From IMG/VR virus record IMGVR_UViG_2862281513_000001, positions 54,919 to 118,918 of that record: a stretch of 64,000 bases of DNA; one strand, written 5' to 3'. Positions 25,317 through 34,485 of this stretch are shown in pieces (position 1 is the first letter of the stretch; each line of letters starts with the position of its first letter). The notes beneath the pieces were generated by a model. That model was not told the DNA's origin and made no database searches. It was given only the letters and a program-made list of their open reading frames with translations. The translations under genes and the position numbers were made by a program. The DNA is from a virus (lineage: Duplodnaviria > Caudoviricetes).

Positions 25317-25805
25317 TCAGCTCTGCTCGCTGGCGGGGCGTACACACGTCTCGTGGGTGTGGCAGTTGCACTTGCCGCAGCCCGCGCACATCTGGCCGGC
25401 CTCCAGCCCGCAGGGTCCGCAGCCGCCGGAGGCGTCCAGCTCGGCATCGTCGATCGCGTTCATCAGCTCGAACGCCTTCTGCTTGTCGAAGCGGGACCGC
25501 GGCCTGCACGAGCCGTCGCAGAACTCGGGGCCGCCGAGGAGGACGCTGTCCTCGCCCTGGTGGCCCTCGCAGCCCTCGGCCTCCCTGAGCGTGACCGTGA
25601 TGTCGTGCACCTTGAGCACGCCCTCACCCGTCTTGTCGCAGGCGTGGCGCAGGAGCTCGACGTCCATGTGCAGGGCGAGGCCCTCGGTGGGCGGCTTGCC
25701 CTGCACCAGGGCGAGGCTCCTGATGATGCCTCGCAGCTGGCTGGAGTCGGCGGCGCTGTAGTTGCGGTCCTCGATGGCGGGGTGCTCGATGACGACGTCG
25801 TACAC
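25317..25805 (-). CDS. Cys-rich hypothetical protein
   Basis: CEGH..FCDGSC; several CxxC. Confidence 0.7.
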   Translation of the reverse strand: MYDVVIEHPAIEDRNYSAADSSQLRGIIRSLALVQGKPPTEGLALHMDVELLRHACDKTGEGVLKVHDITVTLREAEGCEGHQGEDSVLLGGPEFCDGSCRPRSRFDKQKAFELMNAIDDAELDASGGCGPCGLEAGQMCAGCGKCNCHTHETCVRPASEQS

Positions 25806-25824
25806 GGCGTTTCCTTCCTGAGCG

Positions 25825-25917
25825 GGTGGTGTGTCCTCATTCATCCTGGACCATACAGCCCTGGATTACACACCGTATCCCGATGGATTTGGTCGAATGC
25901 TTGCCAGGGGAAGCCGC
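25825..25917 (-). repeat. Array repeat R17 (degenerate)
   Basis: ggtggtgtgtcctcattcatcctggacc..ggattacacaccgtatcccg..tttggtcga. Confidence 0.8.
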
Positions 25918-25949
25918 CCCGCCCGGCAAGTGGAGGGGCGGCCTGGCGG

Positions 25950-26150
25950 TCAGCGACGGGCGGGCCGCGAACCGGCGAGCGGGAGCCCCAGGTCGCAGTG
26001 CTCGCAGAACACGACGTCACTGTTGTCGGTGAGGCACACCAGCTCCAGCCCACAGTCGCAGGTGCCGAGGTCCGGCAGCTCGGGCAGCGGCCGGGTGACC
26101 CGCACGGCCGGCTCGTTGACGACAGTGGCGGCGATGGTGGATGCGCTCAT
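25950..26150 (-). CDS. Small zinc-ribbon protein (paralog of 3375-3590)
   Basis: GTCDCG..VFCEHCDLG. Confidence 0.65.
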   Translation of the reverse strand: MSASTIAATVVNEPAVRVTRPLPELPDLGTCDCGLELVCLTDNSDVVFCEHCDLGLPLAGSRPARR

Positions 26151-26172
26151 GACTCTCTCCCTGGGGTGGTGC

Positions 26173-26246
26173 GGTGGTTTGTCGTACTTCATTCCTCCCC
26201 TGTCCACCCATGTCCACCCTCGTTTGGTCGAGAAAAGCCCAGTTCA
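26173..26246 (-). repeat. Array repeat R18 (short head copy, no central palindrome)
   Basis: ggtggtttgtcgtacttcattcc...tttggtcgagaaaagcccagttca. Confidence 0.6.
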
Positions 26247-26316
26247 CAGCAGGTTTGACTTTGCCTTGGCTCGGCCATCCGTGTTTATCCCGGTCTGCTT
26301 GTGCAAGACTCGCCAT

Positions 26317-26925
26317 ATGGCCACCACCGACAGCCCGCCCCAGAGCGGCTACCAGCCGAGCGCCCAGCTCCGGCAGCACCTCGACGACTGGAACAAGGCC
26401 GTGGCCGCAGAGCCGACGGCCCGCAAGGCGCTCGAGGACGGCATCGCCGTCGAGCTGACCGAGAACCGGCAGCTGAACCTGCCGACGCTCGCCGAGCACA
26501 TGCCGTGGACGGCGGAGAACATCCGCCTCCTCATGGCCGGGCGCGGCGTGCCGCCGCGCGAGCGTCACCGCAAGGAGGAGGGTGACCCGCCGGTGTACAC
26601 GCCGAGTGACCGGCTGCGTGACCAGCTGGCCGGCTGGCACCTGGCCGTCGACGACGAGAAGAAGGCGCGCGCCGCTCTGGAAAAGGCGATCGCCGACGAG
26701 CTGCGGGCGAATCCGGACCTGACCAATGCCGAGATCGCCGCGCATCTCCCCTGGGCGCAGGAACAGATCCGGCTGATTGCCCGCGCGCACAATGTGCCGC
26801 GCCGCCGTAAGCGGGGCTCGGAGCACAAGCTGATCGAGGCCAATGGAAAGCCGAAGTCGGTCGTCGTGCCTTACGACTGGTACGTGCAGCAGCCGGGAGC
26901 AGATCCGTCCATCGTCAAGCGGTGA
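26317..26925 (+). CDS. Tandem-HTH-like putative regulator with Phd/YefM-like C-terminal motif
   Basis: YxPSxxLR..W..AV..ARxALE..IA.EL..LAxHxPW..ExIRL occurs twice; ends ANGKPKSVVVPYDWY. Confidence 0.7.
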   Translation: MATTDSPPQSGYQPSAQLRQHLDDWNKAVAAEPTARKALEDGIAVELTENRQLNLPTLAEHMPWTAENIRLLMAGRGVPPRERHRKEEGDPPVYTPSDRLRDQLAGWHLAVDDEKKARAALEKAIADELRANPDLTNAEIAAHLPWAQEQIRLIARAHNVPRRRKRGSEHKLIEANGKPKSVVVPYDWYVQQPGADPSIVKR

Positions 26926-26936
26926 TGGCGGGCAGA

Positions 26937-26971
26937 CGAAAGGGCCACGACGGGGGAGCGTGGCCCTTTCG
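26937..26971. terminator. Bidirectional terminator-like hairpin
   Basis: cgaaagggccacg..cgtggccctttcg between convergent genes. Confidence 0.75.
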
Positions 26972-26990
26972 CGTTTTCGGGATCAGGCGG

Positions 26991-27221
26991 TCACAGGACC
27001 TTCGAGACCAGCCCGACCAGGAGCAGGACGGCGACGATCGCGAAGATCTTCCAATCGCCGGCCTGCGGCATTCGACCACCGCCGCCGCTGAGGATCGCCT
27101 CGTCCGGGTGCATTCCGTCATGCCGCCTCTGGCGGTGTTCGAAGCCGAAATCCTCAGCGCCACGGCGGAGAGTGAACGGGTGAGACACGAGATTGCAGTT
27201 CCCGCATTCGTACCGGTGCAT
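26991..27221 (-). CDS. Small Zn-finger-like protein with C-terminal TM helix
   Basis: YECGNC..H..H; IFAIVAVLLLVGLV. Confidence 0.6.
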   Translation of the reverse strand: MHRYECGNCNLVSHPFTLRRGAEDFGFEHRQRRHDGMHPDEAILSGGGGRMPQAGDWKIFAIVAVLLLVGLVSKVL

Positions 27222-27478
27222 CTGCGGCCCCCTGGACTGTGCTGCGTCTCGCCGCGCCCTCTGCTCGCGGCGTGTCACGAGCGTAGCGCGCTCCGTCACC
27301 ACTCGGGAAGCCGTGTCCGTTTTGCCCGCTCCGCCCCCGCCGGTAGGGCCGGTAGGAAGGCGGTAGACCGGCCTACCAGTAGGGACCCGCGGCCCCTCTC
27401 GGGTCGGGGAGGGGCCGCGGATCGTGGCGCTCCCCCGCGCGCCCGCCGCGCCGGCCGGGACGGCTGGCCCAGGCGTGC

Positions 27479-28648
27479 CTATTCTGCGGGGGTCCGGGCG
27501 GCCGGGATGTCGGCCGATTCCTGGGCGGGAATGTGGGCCGGAACTGGGCCGGAATCCTGGGTGGGATCCGGGGGCGAAATGGGGGTGCCGCTGGGGTCGA
27601 GAGACGGCACCAGGTGGGCGGGGATATTCGGCCTCCGGCCGAGGTCTTTCGTGAGGTCTTCCACGTGTACGCCGGGGACGTTTTTCTTGACCCACGTCTC
27701 GCCGGTTTCGGTGGTCTCCAGGACGCGGAAACTCATCTGGTCGCGGACGGTGATTCCGGCCATTCCGAGCAGCTCGATCATGCCCTTTCGGTCCATGCCG
27801 GGAAGGCCGCCGTTTTCCTGCTGTTCCGCGAGCAGGTCGTCGACTCGGGATCCCTTTCCCCGAATGCCTTTGACGTGCCCTTGGGCTGTTGCCGCGACGC
27901 GGTGTTCCACGAAAATGCGGAGGCGCTCCCGGGCGGCCTGCCAGCGGGCTTCCCTGGCTTCTTCGTCGCCTTCGGGTTCCGCCTCTTCGGCGGCTTCTTC
28001 CTCGTCTTCCTGGTCCTGCTCCCCCGCCGATTCGTCATGATCGTTTTCGGGACGGTTGAGTGCGTCGGCGGTCAGCGCGCCGAAGAACCAGACGAGCACG
28101 GCGACCGCGGCGACGATGCCGCTGTAGGGCCGGAGCACCGCCACGAGGGCCTTGCCCACCCCCATCAGGGCGCCGACGCCGACCGCACACACGAGGACGG
28201 CGAGCCCGGCCTGGTCGAGCCAGTTCGACTTCGCTGCCGCTGTCGGCACCTTGGTCGCCTTCTTCGTCTTCTTCTTGCCCTTGCCCTTGCTGCTGCCGCT
28301 CCTCGCGGCCTCGCTCTTGCCGTCCTTCCCGGCGTCGTCCTTGCCGGTGCCACTGCTGGCGGGCGGCTTCGCCGCGGGTGCGGACGTGACGGTCGCGCGC
28401 TTGAGCAGGGCGAGCAGGGCGCCGGGGATCCACAGCAGGATGATCCCCGTGCCGCGCAGCAGGCTCCAGCCGAGGGCGCGGGGCTCTACCAGGTCGAGGA
28501 CCTGGCGGACGGCGCCGGCCAGCTGCTCGCGCGGGCTGAGCGGCGCCTCCTCCCACTCGTCCTCGGTCTCGCCCCCGGGCTCGTCCTCCAGCTCGACGTC
28601 CACGGGGTCCGGTTCGGGGAGCGGCGGCTTGTCCAGGCTGATGGTCAT
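27479..28648 (-). CDS. Membrane protein
   Basis: About three TM segments; coupled to the upstream gene (TGATG). Confidence 0.7.
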   Translation of the reverse strand: MTISLDKPPLPEPDPVDVELEDEPGGETEDEWEEAPLSPREQLAGAVRQVLDLVEPRALGWSLLRGTGIILLWIPGALLALLKRATVTSAPAAKPPASSGTGKDDAGKDGKSEAARSGSSKGKGKKKTKKATKVPTAAAKSNWLDQAGLAVLVCAVGVGALMGVGKALVAVLRPYSGIVAAVAVLVWFFGALTADALNRPENDHDESAGEQDQEDEEEAAEEAEPEGDEEAREARWQAARERLRIFVEHRVAATAQGHVKGIRGKGSRVDDLLAEQQENGGLPGMDRKGMIELLGMAGITVRDQMSFRVLETTETGETWVKKNVPGVHVEDLTKDLGRRPNIPAHLVPSLDPSGTPISPPDPTQDSGPVPAHIPAQESADIPAARTPAE

Positions 28649-29130
28649 CAGTGGCCCAGCCCTGTGACGATGCCGATGAGCATGTGGATGACGTTGACGA
28701 GGATTCCCCAGATGCCGCCCGCGCTGGCGTAGACGACGGAGGCCGCCAGGCCGATCACGGCGGGCGGGGTCGTCTTGCTCCCCCACTTCCCGCCGAAGGC
28801 GATCATGGTGAGGACGACGGCGATGGCTCCGAGGCCGGGGTTGCCGAAGCCGTTGTCTCCGGACAGCAGGGCGGTCGGGACGGAGCCGATGCCCTTGGCG
28901 ATGTCGGCCCAGGTGCCGCCGGCCGCCATCCACGCGGTGCCGGTGAAGATGCCCCACCAGGCGGCTTTCTTCTTGTTGTTGATGACCAGCGGGCCCCAGT
29001 CGCTCCCCCGCAGGCCGAGGATCAGGCCGACGCCCGCGCACAGGGCGACCCCGGACGTGAGGACCGTTCCGAAGATCTGTCCGCCGGTGATGCCGGGAGC
29101 TTGGGCCGGGGCGGCGAGGTAGTCGAACAC
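28648..29130 (-). CDS. Gly-rich polytopic membrane protein
   Basis: About four hydrophobic segments. Confidence 0.7.
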   Translation of the reverse strand: MFDYLAAPAQAPGITGGQIFGTVLTSGVALCAGVGLILGLRGSDWGPLVINNKKKAAWWGIFTGTAWMAAGGTWADIAKGIGSVPTALLSGDNGFGNPGLGAIAVVLTMIAFGGKWGSKTTPPAVIGLAASVVYASAGGIWGILVNVIHMLIGIVTGLGH

Positions 29131-29140
29131 GACGTGCCTT

Positions 29141-30040
29141 TCAGGAAGTGGTGCCGGGGGCATAAAGCCCGGTAGCGAGGACGGCCGAGGCCAGGGGGAT
29201 GCGCACGATCCAGCGGGCCGCCCAGTGCCAGTTGCGGGTGCGGCGGTCGATGAACCACCACAGGCCGCCGCACATGGAGCCCGCGGTGAGCAGGAGGCTC
29301 ACGGCACTCGGGCCGAGCCCCCAGCGCTCACCGTTCGCGTTCAGCCAGTCGACGGGGACCGGGGCGAAGCGGCGGCCGATCTCGGCGGCGCCGACCGTGA
29401 TGATGAGGCGGGAGACAGGCGGATGCGGAAGGACGTTCTTGACGGCTGGGAAGCCGGAGACCAGCCAGGCCCCATAGCCGCCGACGGCCGCGGTGAACAG
29501 GCTGAGCATGCCGACGGCGCCTTGCTCGGCGGCGGGCATGAACGCCTCCAGGAACGGGACCAGGCCGATGCCGTAGCCGACGGCGGCGGCCGTGCCGTTG
29601 AAGACGACCCACCTGGTGGTGCGGTCGTCGGCGGCACTGTCCGCGAGCTTGCGGACCCCGGTCCGCTTAGGGCCGCCGGTGGCGACCTTGGCGACGGGCG
29701 GGCCCGGCGGCGTCGGTGGCGTCGCTGGGCGCGCAGGGTCGGGCTTGTGCTCCTGGGGCTGGTCGTCCTGCTCCTGGTGCTCGTCGTCGTCCTGGTCGTC
29801 GCTGTCGTGGCCGCTGTCGTCGTCCGGCTCGTTCGGGTCCGGGACGGCGGCAAGCGGGGGCCGGGCGACACGCCACCAGTCCGGCACGCGGGGCTGTGAC
29901 GGCGGCGTCGCCGGCGGCGGCACGGGCGACTGCTCGGGGATCTGCGGGCCGTCAGCCTCGCTGGGGTCGGCGTGGCCGACGGGGCGGACGCCGAGGCCGC
30001 CCATGATGCGCCGTGTCCAGCGCTCGTCTGCCGTGGTCAC
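29141..30040 (-). CDS. Membrane protein with Pro/Asp-rich N-terminus
   Basis: Several TM segments; C-terminal WWFIDRR..RIPLASA. Confidence 0.7.
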   Translation of the reverse strand: MTTADERWTRRIMGGLGVRPVGHADPSEADGPQIPEQSPVPPPATPPSQPRVPDWWRVARPPLAAVPDPNEPDDDSGHDSDDQDDDEHQEQDDQPQEHKPDPARPATPPTPPGPPVAKVATGGPKRTGVRKLADSAADDRTTRWVVFNGTAAAVGYGIGLVPFLEAFMPAAEQGAVGMLSLFTAAVGGYGAWLVSGFPAVKNVLPHPPVSRLIITVGAAEIGRRFAPVPVDWLNANGERWGLGPSAVSLLLTAGSMCGGLWWFIDRRTRNWHWAARWIVRIPLASAVLATGLYAPGTTS

Positions 30041-30297
30041 CGGGCACCTCCCACGAGCACGTGAAGGACGGGGAGCGCGAAGGGAAGGCCCACAACGACG
30101 ACCGCGGCGCCCAGCGCGCCCCGGGCCAGGGCGTAGTCCAGCGCGTTCTTCGTCGACCGCAGCTGCAGGACGACCATGCAGACCAGACCGACGGTGGCGA
30201 CGTTCAGCAGGAAGGTGTGCAGCAGCCCCGGAGGCGCCGCCGAGAGGCCCAGGCACAGGAAGACCAGGTAGACGGCGATCAGAACGATGCGGGTCAC
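30037..30297 (-). CDS. Small membrane protein
   Basis: Three hydrophobic segments, GTGA overlaps. Confidence 0.6.
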   Translation of the reverse strand: MTRIVLIAVYLVFLCLGLSAAPPGLLHTFLLNVATVGLVCMVVLQLRSTKNALDYALARGALGAAVVVVGLPFALPVLHVLVGGAR

Positions 30298-30515
30298 TTC
30301 GTGGTCTCCTCGTCTCCGTAGCCTCCGCTGATCACGCGGGCCATCGCCTCGAAGGCGTCCAGCGCCCGCGGGTCGAAGCGCCCGCATCGGGCCTGGATGT
30401 CCTGGCCCAGCTGGTCGTAGAGGTGGACAGCGGTGCGGCTCCTGCCCTGCTCTGCCGCCTGTGCGGCGGCTGCCATCCGGCGCTCGATCTCCTGGTCCGT
30501 CAGGGACTCGCTCAT
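30294..30515 (-). CDS. Small hypothetical protein
   Basis: ATGA/GTGA coupling on both sides. Confidence 0.55.
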   Translation of the reverse strand: MSESLTDQEIERRMAAAAQAAEQGRSRTAVHLYDQLGQDIQARCGRFDPRALDAFEAMARVISGGYGDEETTK

Positions 30516-30892
30516 GACGTCGTCGCCTCCTCGCGGTCGGCAGGGTCGGGGCAGACGGGGCAGGCGGCGATCAGGTGCCGCAGGTGCACGCCGCGGTGGT
30601 CGACGGTGAACTCGTTCTCCCGGACCGCGACGCGCACGAGGGCGATGCCGGCGGCGACGTGGGGGCAGCGGTCGGCGAGCCGGTACCAGATGGCGACCAG
30701 CGACCTCACGTCCCACCACTGGCGGCGCACCCACTTGCGGGTGGGCTCGCCAGTGGCGGCCGGGGTGCTGCCGTAGGAGTACCAGCCGTCGGCCTTGGGG
30801 CAGATCCAGCGTTCGATCAGGACGGCGGGCTTCAAGTCGGGGACGCCCGGCAGAGGGCGCGGGAACGAAGTGGCGGTCACGGTTGCATTCAC
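30512..30892 (-). CDS. Hypothetical protein
   Basis: ORF in a coupled run. Confidence 0.55.
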   Translation of the reverse strand: MNATVTATSFPRPLPGVPDLKPAVLIERWICPKADGWYSYGSTPAATGEPTRKWVRRQWWDVRSLVAIWYRLADRCPHVAAGIALVRVAVRENEFTVDHRGVHLRHLIAACPVCPDPADREEATTS

Positions 30893-30893
30893 C

Positions 30894-31106
30894 TCAGTGC
30901 GCGTAGGTCGTGATGAGCCAGGTCGCGGCCGACGTCGCGCCGAGGGTGGCGGCGGGCCGCAGGTGGCTGTGGGCGAGGGCGATGACGGCGAAGACCAGGC
31001 CGACGCCGTCCGTCACGAGGGCGGCGGCGGGGCTCGTCAGGCCGAGCAGGGCGGCCGCGTGGTACGCCTCGGCCAGGTCACGCAGGCCGATGTCGGGCGC
31101 GCTCAC
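30894..31106 (-). CDS. Small membrane protein
   Basis: Hydrophobic, GTGA-coupled. Confidence 0.5.
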   Translation of the reverse strand: MSAPDIGLRDLAEAYHAAALLGLTSPAAALVTDGVGLVFAVIALAHSHLRPAATLGATSAATWLITTYAH

Positions 31107-31798
31107 GAGGACCTCCGGGCTGTGTAGGGCGGCAGCAGTCGGGCCGCGATGTCGAGGAAGTTGTGGGGCCGCTGGCGCGGCAGCCGTTCGGCGTCGATGC
31201 GGCGCAAGGCAACGCACGCCTGGTCGGCGGGGATGATGCGGACGCCGTTCAGCCGGTGCTCGCGGCCGTCTGCGAGGCGGCCGACGATGATGGCGACGGC
31301 CACCGGCTGGACGCTCAGGAGGCTGCGGACGGCGCGGGCGCCCTTCCGTAGACCCTCCAGGCGGTCGGTGACGTCCTTGGTGCCGTGCCAGAGCCGGCCG
31401 CCGTTGACGGCCACCGGCCAGCGGGCGGACATCTTCTTGGGGTCGAGGACGTAGACGTGGCCGCGCGGGCTGAGGGCGAGGCCGTCGATGTTGGTCGTTC
31501 CGGTCGGGAGCTGCCGGTCCCACAGGAACCGCCACCCGTCCTCGACGAGCTCGGCGAGGAGCCCGGCGACCTCCTGCTCTCCCCTGCCGCCCGCCTCGTA
31601 GCGGTCGGCGAGCCGGGCCGCCCGGGTGGCGATGCCCAGGGCGGTCGCGACACGGACCAGCGGGGTGCGCAGCTCCTGGGCATGGGCCAGCGCCGAGGCG
31701 CCGGGCGTGCCGGGCTTCGGGCGCCGTCCGGGCTGACCCAGACGGTTCCAGACCCAGATCGCACCGCCGATGGCGGCCGCGGTCAGCAGGAGGGACAT
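31103..31798 (-). CDS. NERD-domain nuclease with N-terminal TM anchor
   Basis: GGRGEQEV..GWRFLWDR..NIDGLALSPRG..VLDPK. Confidence 0.8.
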   Translation of the reverse strand: MSLLLTAAAIGGAIWVWNRLGQPGRRPKPGTPGASALAHAQELRTPLVRVATALGIATRAARLADRYEAGGRGEQEVAGLLAELVEDGWRFLWDRQLPTGTTNIDGLALSPRGHVYVLDPKKMSARWPVAVNGGRLWHGTKDVTDRLEGLRKGARAVRSLLSVQPVAVAIIVGRLADGREHRLNGVRIIPADQACVALRRIDAERLPRQRPHNFLDIAARLLPPYTARRSS

Positions 31799-32047
31799 CA
31801 GGCGGCTTCCTTGCGTAGGAGCTGGACGAAGGCGGAGCGGGAGCGGGTGAAGGTGAGGCCGGTCACGACGTGACCGGCCTCGACTTCTCAGGGGCGTCTG
31901 GTCACCAGGCGTCCCAGAACACGAGGGAGACGATCAGGGCGAGCACGGCCGCCCAGCGGCCCAGGAACGCCAGGTCGTCGGGCTTGCCGCGCACGCCCCA
32001 ATACAGGCCGACGGCGCCGGTGAGCTGGAGTGCGTAGATCAGCGGCA

Positions 32048-33226
32048 TTACGCGGTCTTCCTCCGCTTCTTCATCTCCTTGCGGCGGTAGGTCGCGACGG
32101 TCTCGGCGAGCTTCGCCCGGTCGCCGTGGACCTGGCGGACGTGCTCGACGAGGTCCTCGTCGGCCATGTCCTCGTCCTTGTCGAGGGCGGCGCGGACCGT
32201 GGCCGCGATCGACGTGCCGAGCTGCGCGACCGGCGGGACCGGCGGGACCGACGGAGCGGCCTGCCCGGCGGGCTGGGCCTGCGGTGCGGGCGTCGGGGCC
32301 GGCGCAGGGCTGGGAGCCAGGGCCGGGCTCGGCGCCGGTACCGGGGCCGGGGCCGGGGCCGGCGCAGCCGCCTGGGCCGGTGCCGAGGTGCCCGTGCCGG
32401 GAGGAACCGGAGGAACCGGCGGAGCAGACTGCGCGACCGGCGCCGGGGCGGGCTGCTGCACCGGCGCGGACGGATGTCCGGACGCATCCGGACGCTGTCC
32501 GGACGGCAACGGCTGAGCCTGGCCCGCCGCCTGCACCGCGGCCTGAGCGGCAGCGAACTCGTCCTCACCGAACACGAGCGCCGCATACGCCTGACGGCCA
32601 CCGATCCGCTGCTTGAAGCCGAGCAGCGCCTCCGCCGCCGCGGTGTCCTCCATCTTCCGCTGGAGCCACATCGCGATCGGGCGGCGCAGCTTGACCTGCC
32701 GAACCCGGAACACCACCCACCACGAGCCCTTCGCCATCAGCGACACCGCGCCGCCGACGATGCCCGCGGCCTGCTCGTGCTCGTGGAAACCCTCCACGAC
32801 CACCGCGGCGACCACGCACAGCACCGCGAACCATCCGGCCTTCTTCATCGGCTCGGCACGGTCCGGCTGACCCCGCAGCAGGTGCTCGGCCACCAGGCAG
32901 ACGATCCACAGCAGCTCGAACAGCGAGGCCGCCGCAATGGCGATCGCGGTGGAAGCGACGACCAGGCCGAGGAGGCGGCTGATGCTGGCGGTCGACCAGA
33001 CGGCAGCGACCGCCGTCATCCCGAGCGCCACGGCCATCAGGAACCGCATCAGAACGACGTCCCAGTCCCTCGGCGGAACCGGCACGTCGACGTCGTACTC
33101 CTCCTCGTCCATCACCTCCTCCCCGAACACCTGGGAAGGCACCTGGCGCGTACGCGTCTCCGTGCGGTAGCGGACGCCGGGCACGCGCGGCTGCGGCTGC
33201 TGCTGCGGGTCGAAGCTGTCGGTCAT
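32048..33226 (-). CDS. Four-TM membrane protein with Pro/Ala-rich linker (Spd-like architecture)
   Basis: VPVPPRDWD, WSTASI, four TM, C-terminal basic helical domain. Confidence 0.7.
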   Translation of the reverse strand: MTDSFDPQQQPQPRVPGVRYRTETRTRQVPSQVFGEEVMDEEEYDVDVPVPPRDWDVVLMRFLMAVALGMTAVAAVWSTASISRLLGLVVASTAIAIAAASLFELLWIVCLVAEHLLRGQPDRAEPMKKAGWFAVLCVVAAVVVEGFHEHEQAAGIVGGAVSLMAKGSWWVVFRVRQVKLRRPIAMWLQRKMEDTAAAEALLGFKQRIGGRQAYAALVFGEDEFAAAQAAVQAAGQAQPLPSGQRPDASGHPSAPVQQPAPAPVAQSAPPVPPVPPGTGTSAPAQAAAPAPAPAPVPAPSPALAPSPAPAPTPAPQAQPAGQAAPSVPPVPPVAQLGTSIAATVRAALDKDEDMADEDLVEHVRQVHGDRAKLAETVATYRRKEMKKRRKTA

Positions 33227-33468
33227 GTCTGGCGTCCTCCGAGCTGTGTCATCACCGGGTGCGGCCCGGCCTCCACCGCACAGGCGAAGGCCGGGCCGGG
33301 ATCAATCGCCGCCCTTGCGCTTCGGGAAGCGGATGAGCGCCCTCTCCCCGAACCGAGCGACCTCGTACCTGTGCCGCCGAGCCCGCTCCTTGCTGGCAGC
33401 GGCCTCCTTCACGGCCTTCTTCTTGGCCTTCTCGATGTCCTTCGTGGACGGCGGCCAGTGCTTCGGAC

Positions 33469-33705
33469 TCACTGCGCCACCCCCTCACGCAAACGGGCCG
33501 CATACGCGCGCCACGTCTCGCGGGGCTCCGGGGTGAGGATCAGCGGGATCATCCCCGCGAGCACCGTCTGGTCAGCGCCCTGCGTCACGGACTCCGCGAC
33601 GTCCAGGACGACCGACATGGTGGCGACACCACTGGGGTCATCCCGCTCGATTCGGTCGGCCAGCGCCAACACCGCGACCGCGACCGGGTCACGCGGCTCG
33701 CTCAT
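33469..33705 (-). CDS. Hypothetical protein
   Basis: 78-aa ORF. Confidence 0.6.
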   Translation of the reverse strand: MSEPRDPVAVAVLALADRIERDDPSGVATMSVVLDVAESVTQGADQTVLAGMIPLILTPEPRETWRAYAARLREGVAQ

Positions 33706-34011
33706 CGGCCACTCACCAACCCGCGCTGCACAGCCGCCTCAGCCGCCCGCAGCGCATCGACCTGCGACGGCGTGCGATCCTCACTGCCCGGACGAGAGTT
33801 CCGGTCCTCCTGGCACGCCTCAACCGTCGCCGGCGGCGTAGCCACACGGTTCGGCGTCTTCGTGTCGATCCGCCTGGTCACCGGCGACCACCCGCCTGAG
33901 CGGCAGCGGCACCGCCCGCACGAGCCAGCCCATTGCCGAGCTTCCCGTCCGCGCGCTTCTGCTCGCCGTTCCGGTACGCCTCCCGAGCCTTCTCCTGCTC
34001 CGACGGCGCGC

Positions 34012-34383
34012 TCACCGGCCCACCGCCTCGGTCAGCCCGGGGATGAGGTGCCGGTTGTCGCCCGACCAGTCGTAGCCGAGAGCCCTCGCCACCAGCGCGA
34101 CATGCAGCGCGAAGTCGACACGGGTCACGCCGTCGGGGATGTCGCCCACAGCGACCGTGGCCGCGCGCTGGATCATCTCGCCGCCGCCGGTACCGCTCTC
34201 GAACCCGACCTCGTACACCATCGCGCCCAGCAGCGCGGCGAAGTCGAAGCTGTAGACCAACCCGCTCGGGCCGTCGACCGCGAGACGGCCAGCCACGCGG
34301 GCGAGCGCCACGCCGGCCTTGGACTTCTGTTCGTCGGTGAGGCTCTGTGCCCCGCTCGCGCGGAGATCAGTACCCTTGCTCAT
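34012..34383 (-). CDS. Hypothetical protein
   Basis: AGGAG RBS; first gene of the leftward membrane block. Confidence 0.65.
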   Translation of the reverse strand: MSKGTDLRASGAQSLTDEQKSKAGVALARVAGRLAVDGPSGLVYSFDFAALLGAMVYEVGFESGTGGGEMIQRAATVAVGDIPDGVTRVDFALHVALVARALGYDWSGDNRHLIPGLTEAVGR

Positions 34384-34485
34384 TGCGTCAGCTCCTGTGT
34401 GCTCAGGTCTGGCGTAGGGGCCCCGACCGGCTGATTGACGTCCTCCGGCCGGGGCCTCTCCTATGTGGAGATCACGAGAGTAGCC

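Larger units (their letters stand above)
1236..26246 (-). repeat. Array of 18 dispersed ~95-bp direct repeats, each just upstream of a 1-4-gene unit
   Basis: Coding-strand consensus TGACCWGCGGTTTC..TGMCGAWYCCTTGACCAAA..CCGGGATAAC-GAG-GTTATCCCGG..GGTGGGGTCAATGATGAA..ACCACC, read directly at 18 loci. Confidence 0.95.

Noticed and set aside
1236-26246. CRISPR array
   Set aside because: Repeats are ~95 bp and separated by whole genes; no cas genes seen.
1236-26246. Canonical integron
   Set aside because: No outer RYYYAAC/GTTRRRY attC ends; the integrase is 36 kb away, looks phage-type and sits in an immunity module; units often hold several genes.
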